Positions 40,201 to 55,200 of a stretch of 64,000 bases of DNA are shown here, one piece after another. The notes under the pieces were generated by a model, which saw only the letters and a list, made by a program, of their open reading frames with translations, did no database searches and had not been told where the DNA came from. The stretch's first letter is position 1, and every line of letters starts with the position of its first letter. A program made the position numbers and the translations under genes. The DNA comes from Spirogloea muscicola (Eukaryota). Location of the stretch: positions 933,295 through 997,294 of the forward strand of contig WELB01000007.1 in assembly GCA_009602725.1 (NCBI GenBank), written 5' to 3'.

Positions 40201-43200
40201 CAGGAGCATCAGATGACTGATGTGGCAATTCTGCTTCCACTTGGCATCATCAGTAACACCAACACTCTCCTCATCTCTCGTAGCTATGCAATGAAAATGG
40301 TCGAGGTGATGAAGGAGCTGCAGCGCCACCGGCAACAGAGTCAGATGTTTGCTGGCAAGCATGGCTTTATCACAGCCCGGGATCTCTTTCGCTGGGCTGA
40401 CCGGCATGCCAATGTATGTATAAGTTACAGTCTCTTCTGAGATCATCTCTTTGTACTTACCCTGAACTGCCTGAAGAGTCACCTCATTGGAAGGGTCACC
40501 TCATTGGTATGGACAGTATGCACAATGCACACGTCTTCTGATTTAGCCAGCTCTGAGGAGCAGGGTTATGAAGAGCTGGCCACAAACGGGTACCTGCTCC
40601 TGGCGGAGCGGCTCAGGAGTGATACAGAAAAGGCAGTGGTGCAGTCTGCTCTGGAGAGGCAGCTCCGAGTGCAGCTCAACCCAGCGGCATTTCATGAGGT
40701 CAGTGTGCACATGTTTCAAGTTCCTCTGTAAGTTCTTAAAGTCTTTGTGCTGTGCTGTAAGCAGGCACATTGTCTTGCTAAATAAGTGGCTCACAAATTG
40801 CAAGAAAATGGTGGCTCATTGTGCTGTAGCCGGCAGAGTGTTCTTGTAGTATGTGTATCAAGGACGGTGAGAAAGATGAGGGCTCGAAGTTTTAGAGACT
40901 GACTTCAAGAAGGCATACAAGTACTTGGTCGTGATATGCGTTAATATATGAGATGCTCTTTGTGCCATAGGAGTGTGCTATTGCACAATTCGACCTGCTG
41001 AGGGAGCGGGTTGCTGCAGCTGACATGGCTGCCACTCTTGGAAGGTCTGTCCTACTTGAACTGTTTACTTGACCATGTCTTGATGCCTGCACCCTGTACG
41101 CTCCATGTGCTTTTGTAAGGTTTCATGACCAGTCGCAGAGTCCTGCATACAAGGGTCACCAGTAAAGTAAGCATATGAGGGCCACTTGTCCCTCAAGCAA
41201 TCGAGGTCCTTTGGTCGTGCAGTTGGTGAGTGCAACTTGGAGTTGTGCAAGCTGTGCAGTCTTGCTTCCTGATTTCTGAAAGCAGAGGTTGCAATCTTAG
41301 GATTGTTTGGACGCGGAGCTTCAAGCGCCTCTTCAACCTCGTAGAGCGGTGCTTGCACCACAACGAGCCAGTGCTGCTGGTGGGTGACACTGGCACCGGA
41401 AAGACGACCGTCTGCCAACTGCTGGGGCTGCTCCGCCAGCAGCAGCTGCATGTTCTCAACTGTCACCAGCATACAGAGACCTCGGACTTTCTTGGTGTAA
41501 GTTGTTCTGCTTCTTGTGCTGAGCAGTGGGCTTCAGCACATCATCTTGTGCAACTTGAATGTTGCTGTGATTGCTTGCGACTAGGACCTGAAGACCCATC
41601 GGACGATCATGAAGATGCAATTTACTTTGTCTGGCCTTGACGTGACAGGGGTTTCACCCTATTCGTGACAAGGACAGAATATGCTCCCAGTTCTCTTCAC
41701 TCTCTGCTGGTTTGATCGCTTCCAAGACATTCCAATCTGTGAATACCACCAAGGTAAGGATTGAACCTGCAGTGGAGTCAACCATTACATGTCCATCCTT
41801 GTGGTACTTGTCAAGCTTACCAGCGTCGTCTTTTGAGATGTCAACATGAGTCTCATGTTGCTCTCTACATTGCTGCTGAGGTTCTGCAGAGGTGCGCGAT
41901 AACCATAATTGCTGGTTATGCAGGTCCTACCTGGTATTGAGAATGCTTCTGCCACTCTGGCAGCAGCAAGGGCCGCTGTTCGGACCATGGAGGAGCAGAC
42001 GAAGGTTGGAGAACTGGGGCCACGAAAGACACAGCTTCCTGCAGGTTCGGTGGACACGGGCTTGGTGGACTTGAGGCGGAGAGTGAGCGAGATGGAACAG
42101 CTGCAGCGGAGCTGGCACTCACTGTTTGCGTGGCACGACGGCCCGCTAGTCACAGCCATGAAAGACGGGAACATGATCCTTATTGATGAGATATCATTGG
42201 CCGAAGACAGCATCTTGGAAAGACTCAACAGTGTGCTGGAGCCTAAGCGGCTGTTGGTATGCTTGAAAGCCTGCATTGCAGCATCTCATGTGAACCACAA
42301 GCGACCAGCTTCTACTTATTTATCACTTTGTCTCAAGAACATGGTCTTTACCATGGTACTTTGGTGACATGCATGTTAGAAATAGTGTCTCAATTTATTG
42401 TTTAGCACAACCAAGTTGTGCTGAAACCACGACGCTGCTGCTTTCTATAGGTGCTTGCCGAGAAAGGGGGCGAGGAGGTGGAGGAGTTATTTGCAGCTCC
42501 ATGTTTTCGCTTGCTGGCAACAATGAATCCCGGAGGAGACTTTGGGAAGAAGGAACTGTCCCCAGCTCTCAGGAACCGATTCACCGAGATTTGGGTCCCC
42601 GCACTTACAGACATAGCAGACCTTCGTTCAATTGTCCAAGACAGGTATAAGCATCACACTTCAGCTGCAGCGCTTTATACTAACAGCTTCTACACAATAG
42701 ACATCGTATTGAGCAAGTCAGAAGTATCTCAGACCCAACCAGGAACAATCAGGATTCCAATGACAAATTGCTTGCTCCTTTCCAGGCTACAAAATTCAGG
42801 ACTGGAGGAGCTTTTGGAGCCCCTCCTCCAATTTTGGCAGGTGCTTGATTTGTGGGCATGGCAAGCAGTTACTTTAGGAGTAGGGAGGGTGATATTACGA
42901 ACAGCGTGGTCATTGCATTCACATGTTTGTTGCCTCAAATGCTGCGCATCAAGCGGTTTAGTAATTGCAAGAGCACATACTTTGAATCAGCACACATTGG
43001 GAGACACATTGAGTATGAGCACTAAATATGTGGCATACACCTTGATTGCAATATGCTTACGTAATAATCGATTACCAGGCCAAGCACCTATTTGGCTGTC
43101 ATTGTGTGCAGTGGTGTCAGATGCTACCACAGAGCAGCAGAGTCCTCTCCATCCGAGACCTGCTGTCTTGGGTGACCTTCATCAAGAGAGCTGAGCCGTC

Positions 43201-46200
43201 CATTGGGAAGTGGTTGGCTTACGCTCACGGAGCGCATCTTGTTCTGCTGGACGGGCTTGGCCTTGGTATGAGCGCATGACAGCTATAAAGTAATACAGCC
43301 TTCTGCATGTTACAGTCTGCATTCTGCATTCTGCAGTTTGGATGTTGCATATTGCAGTTGCATTTTGCAATTTGCACTTGCTCGCTAGCCTAAAATCACG
43401 TCGTCAGAATTAGCATGCATCTTCTGTTCAACATCTGCCTACGTGGTAATTTAGTTGTCACCCAGCTTGTTAATGCTGGAATTCAAATTGACAGGGATGG
43501 GGCTGGACGAAGAAGTTGCATCGCAGCTCAGGGCCAAGTGTTTCCAGTTCCTTCTTGGGCAGATACCTCAGGTCTGTGCCACATTCAAGCTGTATTCTTC
43601 TACACCAGAAATTGAGACGCTTTCACATTCCTTCGATTGAGAAGTATGTTCAGCAACCTACAGATGGATGTTTGCAGGAAGCTTGTATTTTACGAATCCC
43701 GCTTTATTGTTCCATCACAGGAGCACAGAGCAAGAGTTGTCGGGTCATGCAAGCCCTCCAGATTGCCTTCCGCTGATGGAGATAGCAGCGGAAGAGACAT
43801 GAAGGGCCCTGACATGGACATGTTTGGAATAGATCCCTTCTTCATTGCAAAAGGTCAGTCATAAGGTCCTTCTATGGTTGGTTGACTCCACCGAAGTGCA
43901 CAAGAGTTGTTGGCTATCAAAGAAGAGTGCAGGGGTGTTAAGTCATTCTGCGCTATCGTATGCGGCTTACTCGCCCTTTTTAATTACAGTAAGACTGAAT
44001 TGTGGTTCACTTGCGCTCGTCTGTGAACACACCTTTCAACCAGGCTCACATGCCATTAAGCGGGACATGTTCAACATGGCAGCACCAACAACAAGCCGTA
44101 ATGCCATGCGCGTACTACGTGCCATGCAGCTCCCTAAAGCTGGTGCGTAACGTGCTCGCAGATCAATGCCTTATGTTGACTTGACTGTGAGCATCTAAAA
44201 GCAATGGAAGGACGTCAAGTTTTCTAGACTGTCACATTCCTTGCTTCCAGACCAGCAGAAAATTAGCATCGCTTTAGTGCAAAGCATTCGCATAATCATA
44301 CCTGGTACAACCAGTGGTGCAAACAGTCTGGTCTGAGTCAGCTATCTAAGGAGGACCAGCTTGTGCTCCTCATAACTGCAGTTTTAGTGGAGGGCAGCCC
44401 AGGGATAGGCAAGACCAGCCTGGTGTCAGCCATTGCTGCCGCATCAGGCCATCAACTTGTGCGCATTAATCTCTCAGAGCAGGTCTGTTCACATCACCTC
44501 CTGTTTACTTCACAGCTAGCTATTTTGCACTTAGAGGTGCTAAAGAGTGCTTGTTGAATCAACTCTTAGTCCAGCATTGCTGGTGCTAGCATGTAAGAGG
44601 CCGAGGCACTTACATCCATTGCCTTCATGAGGATATGCAGACCGACATGATGGATCTGCTGGGGACTGATTTGCCTGTGGACGGTGGCCGAGGGGGCGAG
44701 TTCGCATGGTCTGACGGCGTCTTCCTTCAGGTTTGCTTGGCTGGACTGAAGCAGCCCTATGGCCTTATGAGGCACTGACTATTGTTTGGTTCCATGACAT
44801 TTTTGTGTCGATGGATGTCATGATCCCTACTTGCGGCTGCTGACTAGTGTCATGCAGCCGCCACCCTTAGTGGTCAAGTTATCTCTTGAGTGGTTTAAGC
44901 TTTCCGTCTCCTTTGTATTGTGTCCAATACATTGAGCAGGCGTCTTATACCCATCACCCCCTCTGGAATATCCTTGCCTCAATATAAGCAACCAGAATCT
45001 TTAATTGCATGACAGGCTCTGAAGGCGGGTGACTGGGTGCTCCTCGACGAGCTCAACCTGGCCTCCCAGTCCATTTTGGAGGTAAATTCTGTGTCCTCAA
45101 TTGAGCAAGCATTAAAATTTTGCATTGAAGATGCCACTTACTCATTGTCAAAGCTAGATTGTCTTGACTCCTCAGCAGCAGCTTCCCTAACTTTGTGCCT
45201 CATGTATTCCAGTGCTCCTTTGTTTTTCTTTCCTTCCTTGCTGAGCTTCTGTTAGAAGCTTGTGTTATGTAAGCCAGGCTGTACTGACAGGTAGCTGAAA
45301 TTTGCCAGGGCTTGAATGCTTGCCTGGATCATCGAGCGGAGGTGTATATACCAGAGCTTGGGAAGTCTGTCAAGTGCCCCCCTTCCTTCCGGATCTTTGC
45401 CTGCCAGAATCCGTTGCAGCAGGGAGGCGGACGGAAGGGACTCCCAAGATCATTCCTCAATCGATTCACCAAGGTCATGAATTAGCATCTTGAATGCCTT
45501 GTGAGGAAAAATTTTCAGTTACAACAATCTCAATCTACAACAATCTTAAGGCTGTCATCACCGCGTAGGACTTGCCGAGATGGTTGCCCAAAGCTGCAAC
45601 CAAGAATATCAATTGGGTGATGCTAGCTCATATTTCTGTCCTTCTCATTGTTACTACTATTGCAGGTCTACGTGGAGCTCTTGGAGAGCCAAGACCTATA
45701 TTTCATAGCAGCAGCCCTTCACCCTGGACTCCCTGAGCAGCAGCTTCTCAAGATGATAGACTTCAACCAGCATCTGTACCAGGATACGATGGTCGCCAGA
45801 AAGTATGGCCATGCCGGAGCCCCGTGGGAGTTTAATTTGCGAGACGTGCTTCGGTGGTGCAGCCTCGTTGAGCAAGGTCAGTGGGACGCTCGACTTCACC
45901 CTGCTCTTTGTTGGCAACGCCATTGCTGCAAGATCCTGCTTGTGCAGTTGCAGATGGTCATTAACTGTTTAATTGTAATGTGATGTAAGGTAAATGTAAT
46001 TTAGTGTATCTGTGCTATTTATAAATGTCTGTCAACATGCGTTTGGATCCTCTCCCAGAAGGACCAAACGGGAGCCCAGCACAGTTCCTCGACCTTGTGT
46101 ACCTCCAGCGCATGCGGACGGCCGAGGACCGCCGCCAGGTGCTCGCGCTCTTCCAGCGGATCTTCCAGGAGAGCGTGCAGATTGAGACCCATCCAAGACT

Positions 46201-49200
46201 CGTCCTGACCTCCGAGGAGCTCCGAGTCGGCTCGGCAGTAGTCCAGCGCATGCAGGGGACCTGCGGGGCGTCCGAGCCGGCAGCTGCACCTCCACAGCTT
46301 CTGCCGGGTGCCATGAACGCGCTGGAGAATCTAGCGCATGTGGTTCGTCAGGGCTGGATGTCCATCATTGTTGGGCCGGCAGCAAGCGGCAAGACATCCC
46401 TGGTGCGCCTGCTCGCCCGCCTCGCAGGCGCGCGCTGCCACGAGTACGCGCTCACGAGCAGCACGGACACCACGGAGCTCCTCGGCTGCTTTGAGCAGCG
46501 CGACACGTCGCAGGCCCTGCGCCACCTCGAGGGCAGGGTGGCGGAAGCGGTGGAGTCTGCCTGCGGCACCTTATTGTCATCAGCCGAAGATTCTCGGCCT
46601 AGTGGCAGTCTGCATCAACAGCATCTCCAGGGCTATCAGAGGCTGCAGGTGAGCTTTGCACAACTAGGCAGCCTTCCAGCCCTCCTTCTTGTCCCAGTGT
46701 GAGGAGCCAAGGACCTGCTCTTGTGCCCATGAGCGTGCATGGTTTAGTCTTGACGACATGGCTGGCTTCTGTAGAACCACTGTGATCAATGGCTTGCGTC
46801 ACGCTGTGTCACAGGGCCTGTGGGCCAGCTTCAAGCAGAAGGCCCGCTGTGCTGAGCAAGACACAGACTTGAGCAGCAAGCCAGAGGAGCAAGTCAAGGT
46901 GGAACAAATCTTGGCGTTGGACAGCGTGATGGAGGAGCTTGGGTCTGTCGCCAAGTATAGCAATTGTGAAGCATTCTCAGCTCCTGCCATAGAGCTGAGG
47001 GCGGAGCTATGTGCTTTGAGAGAGGCTGCCGGCCTGAGCAACGTGGGACGCTTTCAGTGGGTGGATGGCGTGCTGCTGAAGGCCCTCGAACGAGGCGACT
47101 GGGTTGTCCTCGACAATGCTAATTTCTGCAATCCAAGCGTAAGGACTAGGCCCCAATTGGCCGTATCGTGCAAGTCTGCTACTTCAGAGAGCAGTAGCCT
47201 TATTGTACAATCAGACATGAGAATTGATGCAATAAGTCCTCTTGCTTTTGCCTCCAGGTGCTAGACAGGCTGAACCCGCTTCTGGAGCCGGGCGGCTGCA
47301 TCCTGGTGAACGAGCGCGGCATGGTCGGAGGCCGTGCCGTGGTTGCGACGGCGCACCCGCGCTTCCGCCTCTTCCTCCTCATGGACCCTGCGGCGGGCGA
47401 CGTTTCTCGCGCCATGCGCAATCGTGGCGTTGAGATATTCCTCCTCCCGCCCGACTGGCAGAAGGATGGCCCCGAGGAGCCCCTTGGTGCTGTCCTCGAC
47501 GCCCACAGTACCACCAGCTGCCAGCTGCTGGTGGACCTTGGCTTGTACCGGCGCACTGAAGGCCCACTGCCACTGACACCCACAGACACCAGCTTCAGGG
47601 ACTGCTTGCGCATCCTGGCACTGGCCGGCATCCCGGGCTGGCATCTTCCAGCGGCCATGAGCGGCGCGCACGAAGAGGCCTTGGCCTTGAGCAGGACTGT
47701 GACCACGCGTGAGCTCGCTCACTGGGCCTCCCTGAGGTCCGCGCTCCTGGTGCAGGGCACACCCTCAGACCGCAGCTTCGCATCTAGTTGGCTCCACACA
47801 TACCGGCGTCACTCCAGCGGCACACTCGATGGCTCTGCGCTGCAACACGTCTTCGATCGCCACATGCATGATGGTCAGATTAGTCTGCCAGAAGCCCTTG
47901 GCGTGTCCTTGGCAGTACCGCTGCAGGCGGTGCTGCACGATCCAGAGGCCACCAGAGTCTTGAGCGAGGGCCATCTCCTGGCGGTTACCGCCGTGACGAG
48001 CATTGTGCGACGTGCTTCAGCACTCTGGCGCGACCTGGTGCAGCTGCAGGGCCCCGAGAAGGCCGCCTCTCAGTGGCAACAGCGGCAGATGTTTCTGAGT
48101 CGCTTTGTCCCTGCCGATGTTCTCCAGTCCCACCTCATGGCGTCTCAGGAAGAGGTGCTCTGTCGAGCTGCCGAGGTGGAGGACCTTCAGCTTCGATATG
48201 CTGGGCTATGGTTTGTAGAGCTCGCAGACTCAGCTGATGCTCCAATAAGGCTGCAGATGCTGGAGGCATGGGCGACAGTCCTGCAGGGCTCAACAAGTGG
48301 TGCTGCAAGCATGCTCGGGCGGCTAGCTACAGCATATGCTGCAGAGCTGGCGCACCCAATCTCAGTGGAGGTCCTGAAGCAGCAGCCAGCTGAGAGCGCC
48401 AACCTCATGCGAGCTCTGGAGGCGCTGCGAGCCGCCCTTTGGCAGGGCTTGGAGGAGGCCGACGTCCTGAGAGCAGTGCCGCAGGGGTCAGGCGGGAGCC
48501 CCATCCAACAGTCTTTCCGGTACTGCACGCGGCTGGACGAAAGGCGGATGTTTCAGATATCGCATGCCATGGTGGCGGTCCTGTACCCGCTCTTCTGCAG
48601 CCTTCGGCAGCTCGAGCAGGTCGCTCTTGTAGAGGCTGTGAGCAACGTCTGGAGTCCCCAGTTGCATGTTGCGTTCATTGCAATGCTCGAGTGGCATGCG
48701 GCAATGTGGCGCCTAGTCTGCGAGCTGGAGCTCGACAAGACAGCTTTCCTGCTCACATGGCGGAGCCTCAAGGCAGCCCTGATGGAGCTGCTCGGCTATG
48801 TCAAGCAGATGGGATTTTCCGAGTCTGATAATCGGGTCCGCTCACACCTCACTCTCAGATGTTTCTTGCCCTGCTTTGTTCAGCCAAGAATGCCTGCAGA
48901 CTGGCACGTCTATACAACACTAAGAGTTTGACAGGATAATAATGGTCAGAGAGATGTGCTCAGAAAGATGTGATCTGACATGCAGGTCCAGGGCGTGGCA
49001 CAAGTTGCACACATGTTGGACCAAGCTTGGGGCCTTGCTGGTGGCCCAGCTGGTCAGCCGCTGCTGTTGGAACACGGCGGTCACCCTCCTGTGGCACCCT
49101 CGCTGGAGCTCTTTGAGGAGGACGCCCTTCTGCTGGCAGTCTGCGAAAGTCTGAGCACCCACCCTCTGCCAGGTACCAAGTTGCCGGTTTACATCAATCA

Positions 49201-52200
49201 GGATGAAGCACATCAATTGCTCAAATTCCGGTTTTTTGGGTCCTGTCCTGACATCGAGAAACATGGCTGGCAGATGGCGACAGAGCATGGGTCGCGAGCA
49301 TCAGCACGCGCACGCGCTGGTTGGCCTTGGAAGGCCTTTCCCTACTGCGCTGGTACAGCCAGCTCAGGGCAGACGCCACGACGTGCTCCCTGGTTCCCGC
49401 AAAGACCTTCGAAGTCGGCGTCCTCCTCAGGTCTTCGGAGGTATGTGACTCCTGCTTCTCTCATAAGGCCCCAATCACTTACCAAAAGCAGTCCTCATTG
49501 TGTAGCAGTATCTCGGCACAGCTTATTGCAGCTCCATCCTAACAGCTTTACTAAAACTGCAGCTTGTGGAGGAGCGAGTACAAGCAGAGAGGGCAAGTTA
49601 CTCTGCACCTCATTGGTGTGACCTTGTCCCGACCACGGAGTCTGTAGTGGATGATCGGCGGGAACAGGGAGGCCCGCTGCGATTCCCAGCCAGCCTGCTG
49701 AGGTGGCCCAGCTCGAGGACACTGTGGTACCAGTTGCTGCCGCTGCTGGACCAGACAACGCTGGTGAGAGACCTGGACTTGCTCGCGAGGCTTGCGAAGG
49801 CCGTGTATGTCTGCTCCAACAATGGCATGGACACCCATCAGTGCACATACGATCAGGTATTTACTTGCTCCACTCAACAAATTTTTCCAGCTTTGCATGA
49901 TTGTGATACTTCTATTAATAAGTAGTGTTTGCATGTATTATCATCAAATTGGCTGCCCAAAGGCCTTGCTTGTTGACTTAGCAGGTAATTATTGAAGACT
50001 TGAAGGAGGCGCTGGATTATGGTTTGGCAACGTCATCTCGATCGCCAGCGGACTTCGTGCCCCACCAGCACCTCATATGGCTCATGCAGGCTCGCCAAAG
50101 CCAGCAAGTCTCAGGTGACCCCCGAAAGGCGTTGTGCTGCACCCAGCATCATGATGCATCCCAGTTGTCTACGTTGACATCCAAGATTCCCCGGTGTATT
50201 ACATTGGTCAGCTGTGAAAATTCACCATTTGCAGAGACTTGCTTGAGATGCGGAAGAAAGACACTCAACAAGCTCAATTCTGAACATCTGCCCAGTCCTT
50301 GATGTACAGACACAGTAGGCGATGCCCAGGTTATGCGAGTGATGGTGCAGGAGCTGTGGTACCGGTGGCATGCAGCTAATTGGCAGAACACATTAGCCAA
50401 TGTGCCACCTTCACTTGTCAACGACCAGGATCCTGTCTTGGGGCAGGGCCTCCTGCTTGGAGCTGGGAGCAGGGTTGGTGCCGTCTCCTAGCTGCAGCTG
50501 CCCAGATGTTCACTGCCATGGTCACTCTATTTAATATGTGCTACCAACAGAGTTCCTCCGTTGTCAGATTTGTCCATGAGATCAATCTTCAAATTGCGGG
50601 TGCCTAATCTGCCTGCAGATCGGGTTCCTGGATGTCCACTGAGCATGTTGTGTCCTGGTGATGAGCTGCTTGGGTGCACACTTGTCGTTTGCCCCTGCTA
50701 GGCGGTGCTACTAGCAGTTATGATGAAGCACGGCTAATTTTTGCAGTGTGAAATGGTCTCTTTTGCAGCAATTTGCACAATTTGCAGCGACCGCAGGGCC
50801 TGCAAGGCTGTATCAGAGCTCACGCACTACCTTCACTGCTTCACTGCTGTGAGACATTTGTCCTGCTCTGATGGGTGCCTAATGTCCTGCAATGTATACC
50901 GTTTGTAGGTGTTACAATCAAGTACAAGCTTTGTCCCTGGTACTGCAGGATGACTGGAGCAACACCAATCAAGGATCACACTGCAAGGCGACACCAACTG
51001 CAGCTGGCTGCTCGACACCTGTGGCAGCAAGCCAGTGAAGAAAAGTTGGACTTAGCAACATTGGACCTCACAAATGCAAGCCACATCTTCATGGAGGTCA
51101 GGGCGAATGTGCTCTTCGCTTTTGCAAAGCTTTCAGACTGCTAAAGCTGATTAATACATGCAGCATATTGTATGTTTGTCACTGTCCTTCACCTGAAGCT
51201 ATAGCAGACAATATTGGTGTTTCTTATAGTTGAGCTGGTGCAATGACAAATGATGGCTGCACTCACTGAGAGCCTTATTGAGGCTGAGTTGCAAATAGCT
51301 TTCTCATATTTGACCACGAGTTGGCAACACTGTCACACAGACGATCTGGTCGCATAGGGCCTCATTTGCCTCCCAGGATGTGGACGCCATCGGCCCACTT
51401 ATGACTGGCATTGTCCAGGTACCTGTGTAGTAGTTGCTGGGGTGCAAGCTTTGCAAGAAATGTTCAACATGATTTGCAGTGCTGCTTGATTCTGAGTATT
51501 TCCCTTCTGTGCTTGACTACAGGCACTGACAGAGCCCATGCAGCAAATTTCTGACCTGGCTGCTATATTGAGCCGATCTACGCATGCTAAACTGCGAACA
51601 GTGTCGCAATCATTCCTCTTGCCTTGCGCCACAATTCTCTACGGCACAGCTTGGACAAGCACTATGCCTCAAGGTATACAAGCCCAGTGCTTGCTCTAGT
51701 TCTTCAGCATGTTACATGTGTGTCACTTGTGTCAATCTTGTACCATGTCGTGTAGGCAAGTAAAGGGCAGCATAGTGACGACACCTACGGTTGTAAAGAA
51801 ACAGGCTCACAAGATCTAGACGGAAGTCGAGGAAAAGCATGGACTCTTCTCGGTGCTGCACGACTCCACCTGCTATTGCCCGCCGATGGATGCGATCCAG
51901 CTGCCAGAATCGCTTTTGAGAAGGAGCACCTGGAGAGGAAGTTGTCCACATTGCGCGTCGAGATTGTCGTAAGTGGTTCAAATGGGACTTGTACATGCTG
52001 CTTGTGTTGGCCGAGATGTTTAAACCATGTCAAGGAAAAGCTGGTACTCTGAGACCTGGCAGATGCATATGGAGCGTGATATATATTCTGAGGCAACCCA
52101 ATGCCTGCATTGTGATGCTTGCAGGTGCGAGAGGCATCTGAAGGCCTGAGAAGCGGGCAGCTGGGCTCCAGAAAAGTGAGGGCTCTTATCAGTCAGGGAG

Positions 52201-55200
52201 CTCTGCTCCAAAGAGAAATCGCTGAGCTGTCCAAGCAGGTATGCCTGTGAAGCTTTGCAGCGTCACTCGCAATGCAAGTGCCCAAGTGAAGCTACTGCTG
52301 ACACCTGATTCCTCCATTCTCAAGCACACTCTGACCCCTACCGCTAGACTGTGAGTTGTTGGAGCATTAGACACCTTCATAGCATCACCATGACATTCAG
52401 ACAAGGCTACCTATGCTGACTGAGCCTTGTAACGTTGTTGATATGGGTGCTGCAACAGGTGTGCCTGAGACCCAGCCCTCCACAATTTCTAGCGCTCTTT
52501 GAGGATGTCTCCCGCTTCATTGCCACCTCAGCCAGCAGCCACAAGGTCCAGAATGTCATTACCCGCCTGGAAGGGTACTCCGATGCAACAGAGGCACAAA
52601 TTTTTCAAGAGATCTCAACGTGGCAGGTGGAGTGTTTAGGCTGTCTTAATAACCTCGTGTGCCAGTTTGAGTCTGACTGTCGTTCTGCATACCGGGTCGC
52701 TCTTTATCTCCTAGTGCTCATAATCATAAAGTACTGACAGGAGTGTTGATCATTGAGTACACATTGTTGTGGTGTTTTTCAGGGCACAATCGCTCAGTTC
52801 ATCAGTCACTTATCAACGCACTACCCAATGTACCGAGACATCTGTCAGCCCATCCAGCTGGCTCTGTACGAGCTCATGTACGGGTCCAGCATCATGCTTC
52901 TTCACGCCGTTTCAAAAGGCCAGCATCAGAGATTGAATGTAAGTTCCACATATTGGTATACGGTGACCTTGTGCTCCCACTGCCTGCATTGTAGGTGCTG
53001 CTCAGTGCAACTTTTGAGCAGTGCCAATAGACAAGGTTTATTGATTATCTGGGTTGGAACAACCCTAGTTATTTGAGATATGAATTATCACTCTATAATA
53101 GCTCATTCACACCTGCTTGCCCTTGGTCAAACAGGACCTACTCATCAAGCTCATGGGATTCCCACATGTCATCATGGAGCCCAAAGTGGTCCAAGCAAGC
53201 CAAAGTACTTGCACACCACTGGAGCTGCCAGAAGATGCTTCGTCAGAGCTGCTGACTGAAGAGACAAGAGGAGCTCTCTGCCAGCTGTCAGCATCTACAG
53301 ATAAGGTTTGAATTTATCATCTTCTGCTATTGTGGACAAGTGTGTTACACTTGATGACCATCTCATCAATGTATTAAGGACGGTGGCAGACTCTTACAGT
53401 TGGTTCTCCTTCACCCATTGAAGCAGGGTGGGGATAAGGGTTCTGAGTACACCGTTAGATGAGTACACCATTAGAAGTACAGTCATGAGTTGCAGTCATG
53501 ACTTGCACGGCTTGCGAAGGGGGTGTCAGCTGGCATCTCCATTTCACCAACTCGCTACACACGAGCACATGAGTTCTTAGAATGTGTGGCGTCCAGTTTG
53601 ATATAATACAAGGCTTCAGCAAAGCACCCGTCTTTCGTTTGGCTGATGATGAGAAACAAAGTTTCAAGCACTTCAGAGCTTGCCTGTGAAGAAACAACTC
53701 TCCACTTGTTGAAGCCATCACACACTTTTAGAAGGGCAGAGTGTGGGTCGTAGCATGAAGATGCAGATCTTTGTCAATCGTCCACTGACTACAACCAAGT
53801 AGAATCAGGAAAAAGGCAGGATGTACAATTTACCATTGGAATGACTGTCTGCAGGATGTTGTTCTTGAGCTGGAGCTGAGCCTGCTTCACGTCTCCCTCA
53901 TTCAGATTGCTCATCAGAGCATTCATGCAAAGTTTAAAAGCTGCTCAGCCATCCAGGTATACTAGTCATTCATGTAGCTAATGAAGTGACCCATTGACAA
54001 GGTGGGCGTCGCCTGAAGTGGCACCTGATTTTGCTGACTGCATGCTTGCTTGCGCTTCGCAGTACGGCTGCTGATCAGATTGCATCTGGGTTGCCCCAGA
54101 TTGTTGGAAAGACAATGAAGCGCTTTGCAGATATTTGGAGCGCCATGAAGGAAAGTAGGAGGGCAAAGGAGCTGGAGCAGGAGGAGGAATACAGATACAA
54201 GGTGCAGACAACCACGCTGGAGACTGAGGATGAGTTGGACGAAGCTGCTTACCAAGCGCAATTTGGCGATCATCGGAAGACCTATGCCGACCTGGTTCAA
54301 TTAGAGTTAGCCTCTGCTGAAGAGGATGATGTGAGTAACTGTCTGCTCCTTGACTAATGAGCAAATTTCACACAGCTCAATTCCAACTAGTTACTTTCAT
54401 GAACCATGTCACCTCAAAGACCTGACAAAGTCCATCAATGCAGTATAAAATGGGCAGATATTCACTCAGTGTAAGGTATCGCTTGGACCAACAGATTGCC
54501 TACGTATTATGCTGCAGGAAAGGGCAGACAGAGCAGACGGGATGAAGGACTCAGATTCAAACGACAATGACAAGCATGGAGACCGCACTTGGCTATTGCT
54601 GCATGAACACCTGCTTGCCTGTATAGTCGAGCTCCACGATTGGTTCTTCACTAGCAAGGTCAGTCCCATATAGAAACATGGAAACCTGTACCTGTACTTG
54701 CTACTTAAGCTGTTGAAGCCGTTTACTGCTTCTGCTTGACCGACAGAGCACAGCTTTGGCCTTATACAGCAGGAGTTTCTATCTTCAGGGAGATGAAGCA
54801 ATACCAAGCAACAAGAGGCTTGGTTCTTTCACCGCATCCTACAGCGTTGGTTTACTTCTTCTCAAGGGTACCAATGACTGAACTTCAGTTGTACCAGTCC
54901 CACTGTTGCATCTTATCTGGTGTCACTTTATACAACCTGCTATATCAAGGAGCTACAGGGTCCTGGGATAAGCAGCTACCTACTACATATTGAGATGCTG
55001 AAGTCAATGCTACATGTTCGTGAAAGGATGATAGTCAGTCTCACCACTCCCATGCTACAGTTGCATCCCTGTTGGGAAGCACTTCATGCAGCTTGCTCTT
55101 ATCAGGGGCCTTCAGAGCTCCAGAATGAAGGAGCTAGTCATCTTTTAAATTGCTGAAGCTCATGCTACATGTTGGCAATGTGGCAGCACTTGGCATGGTG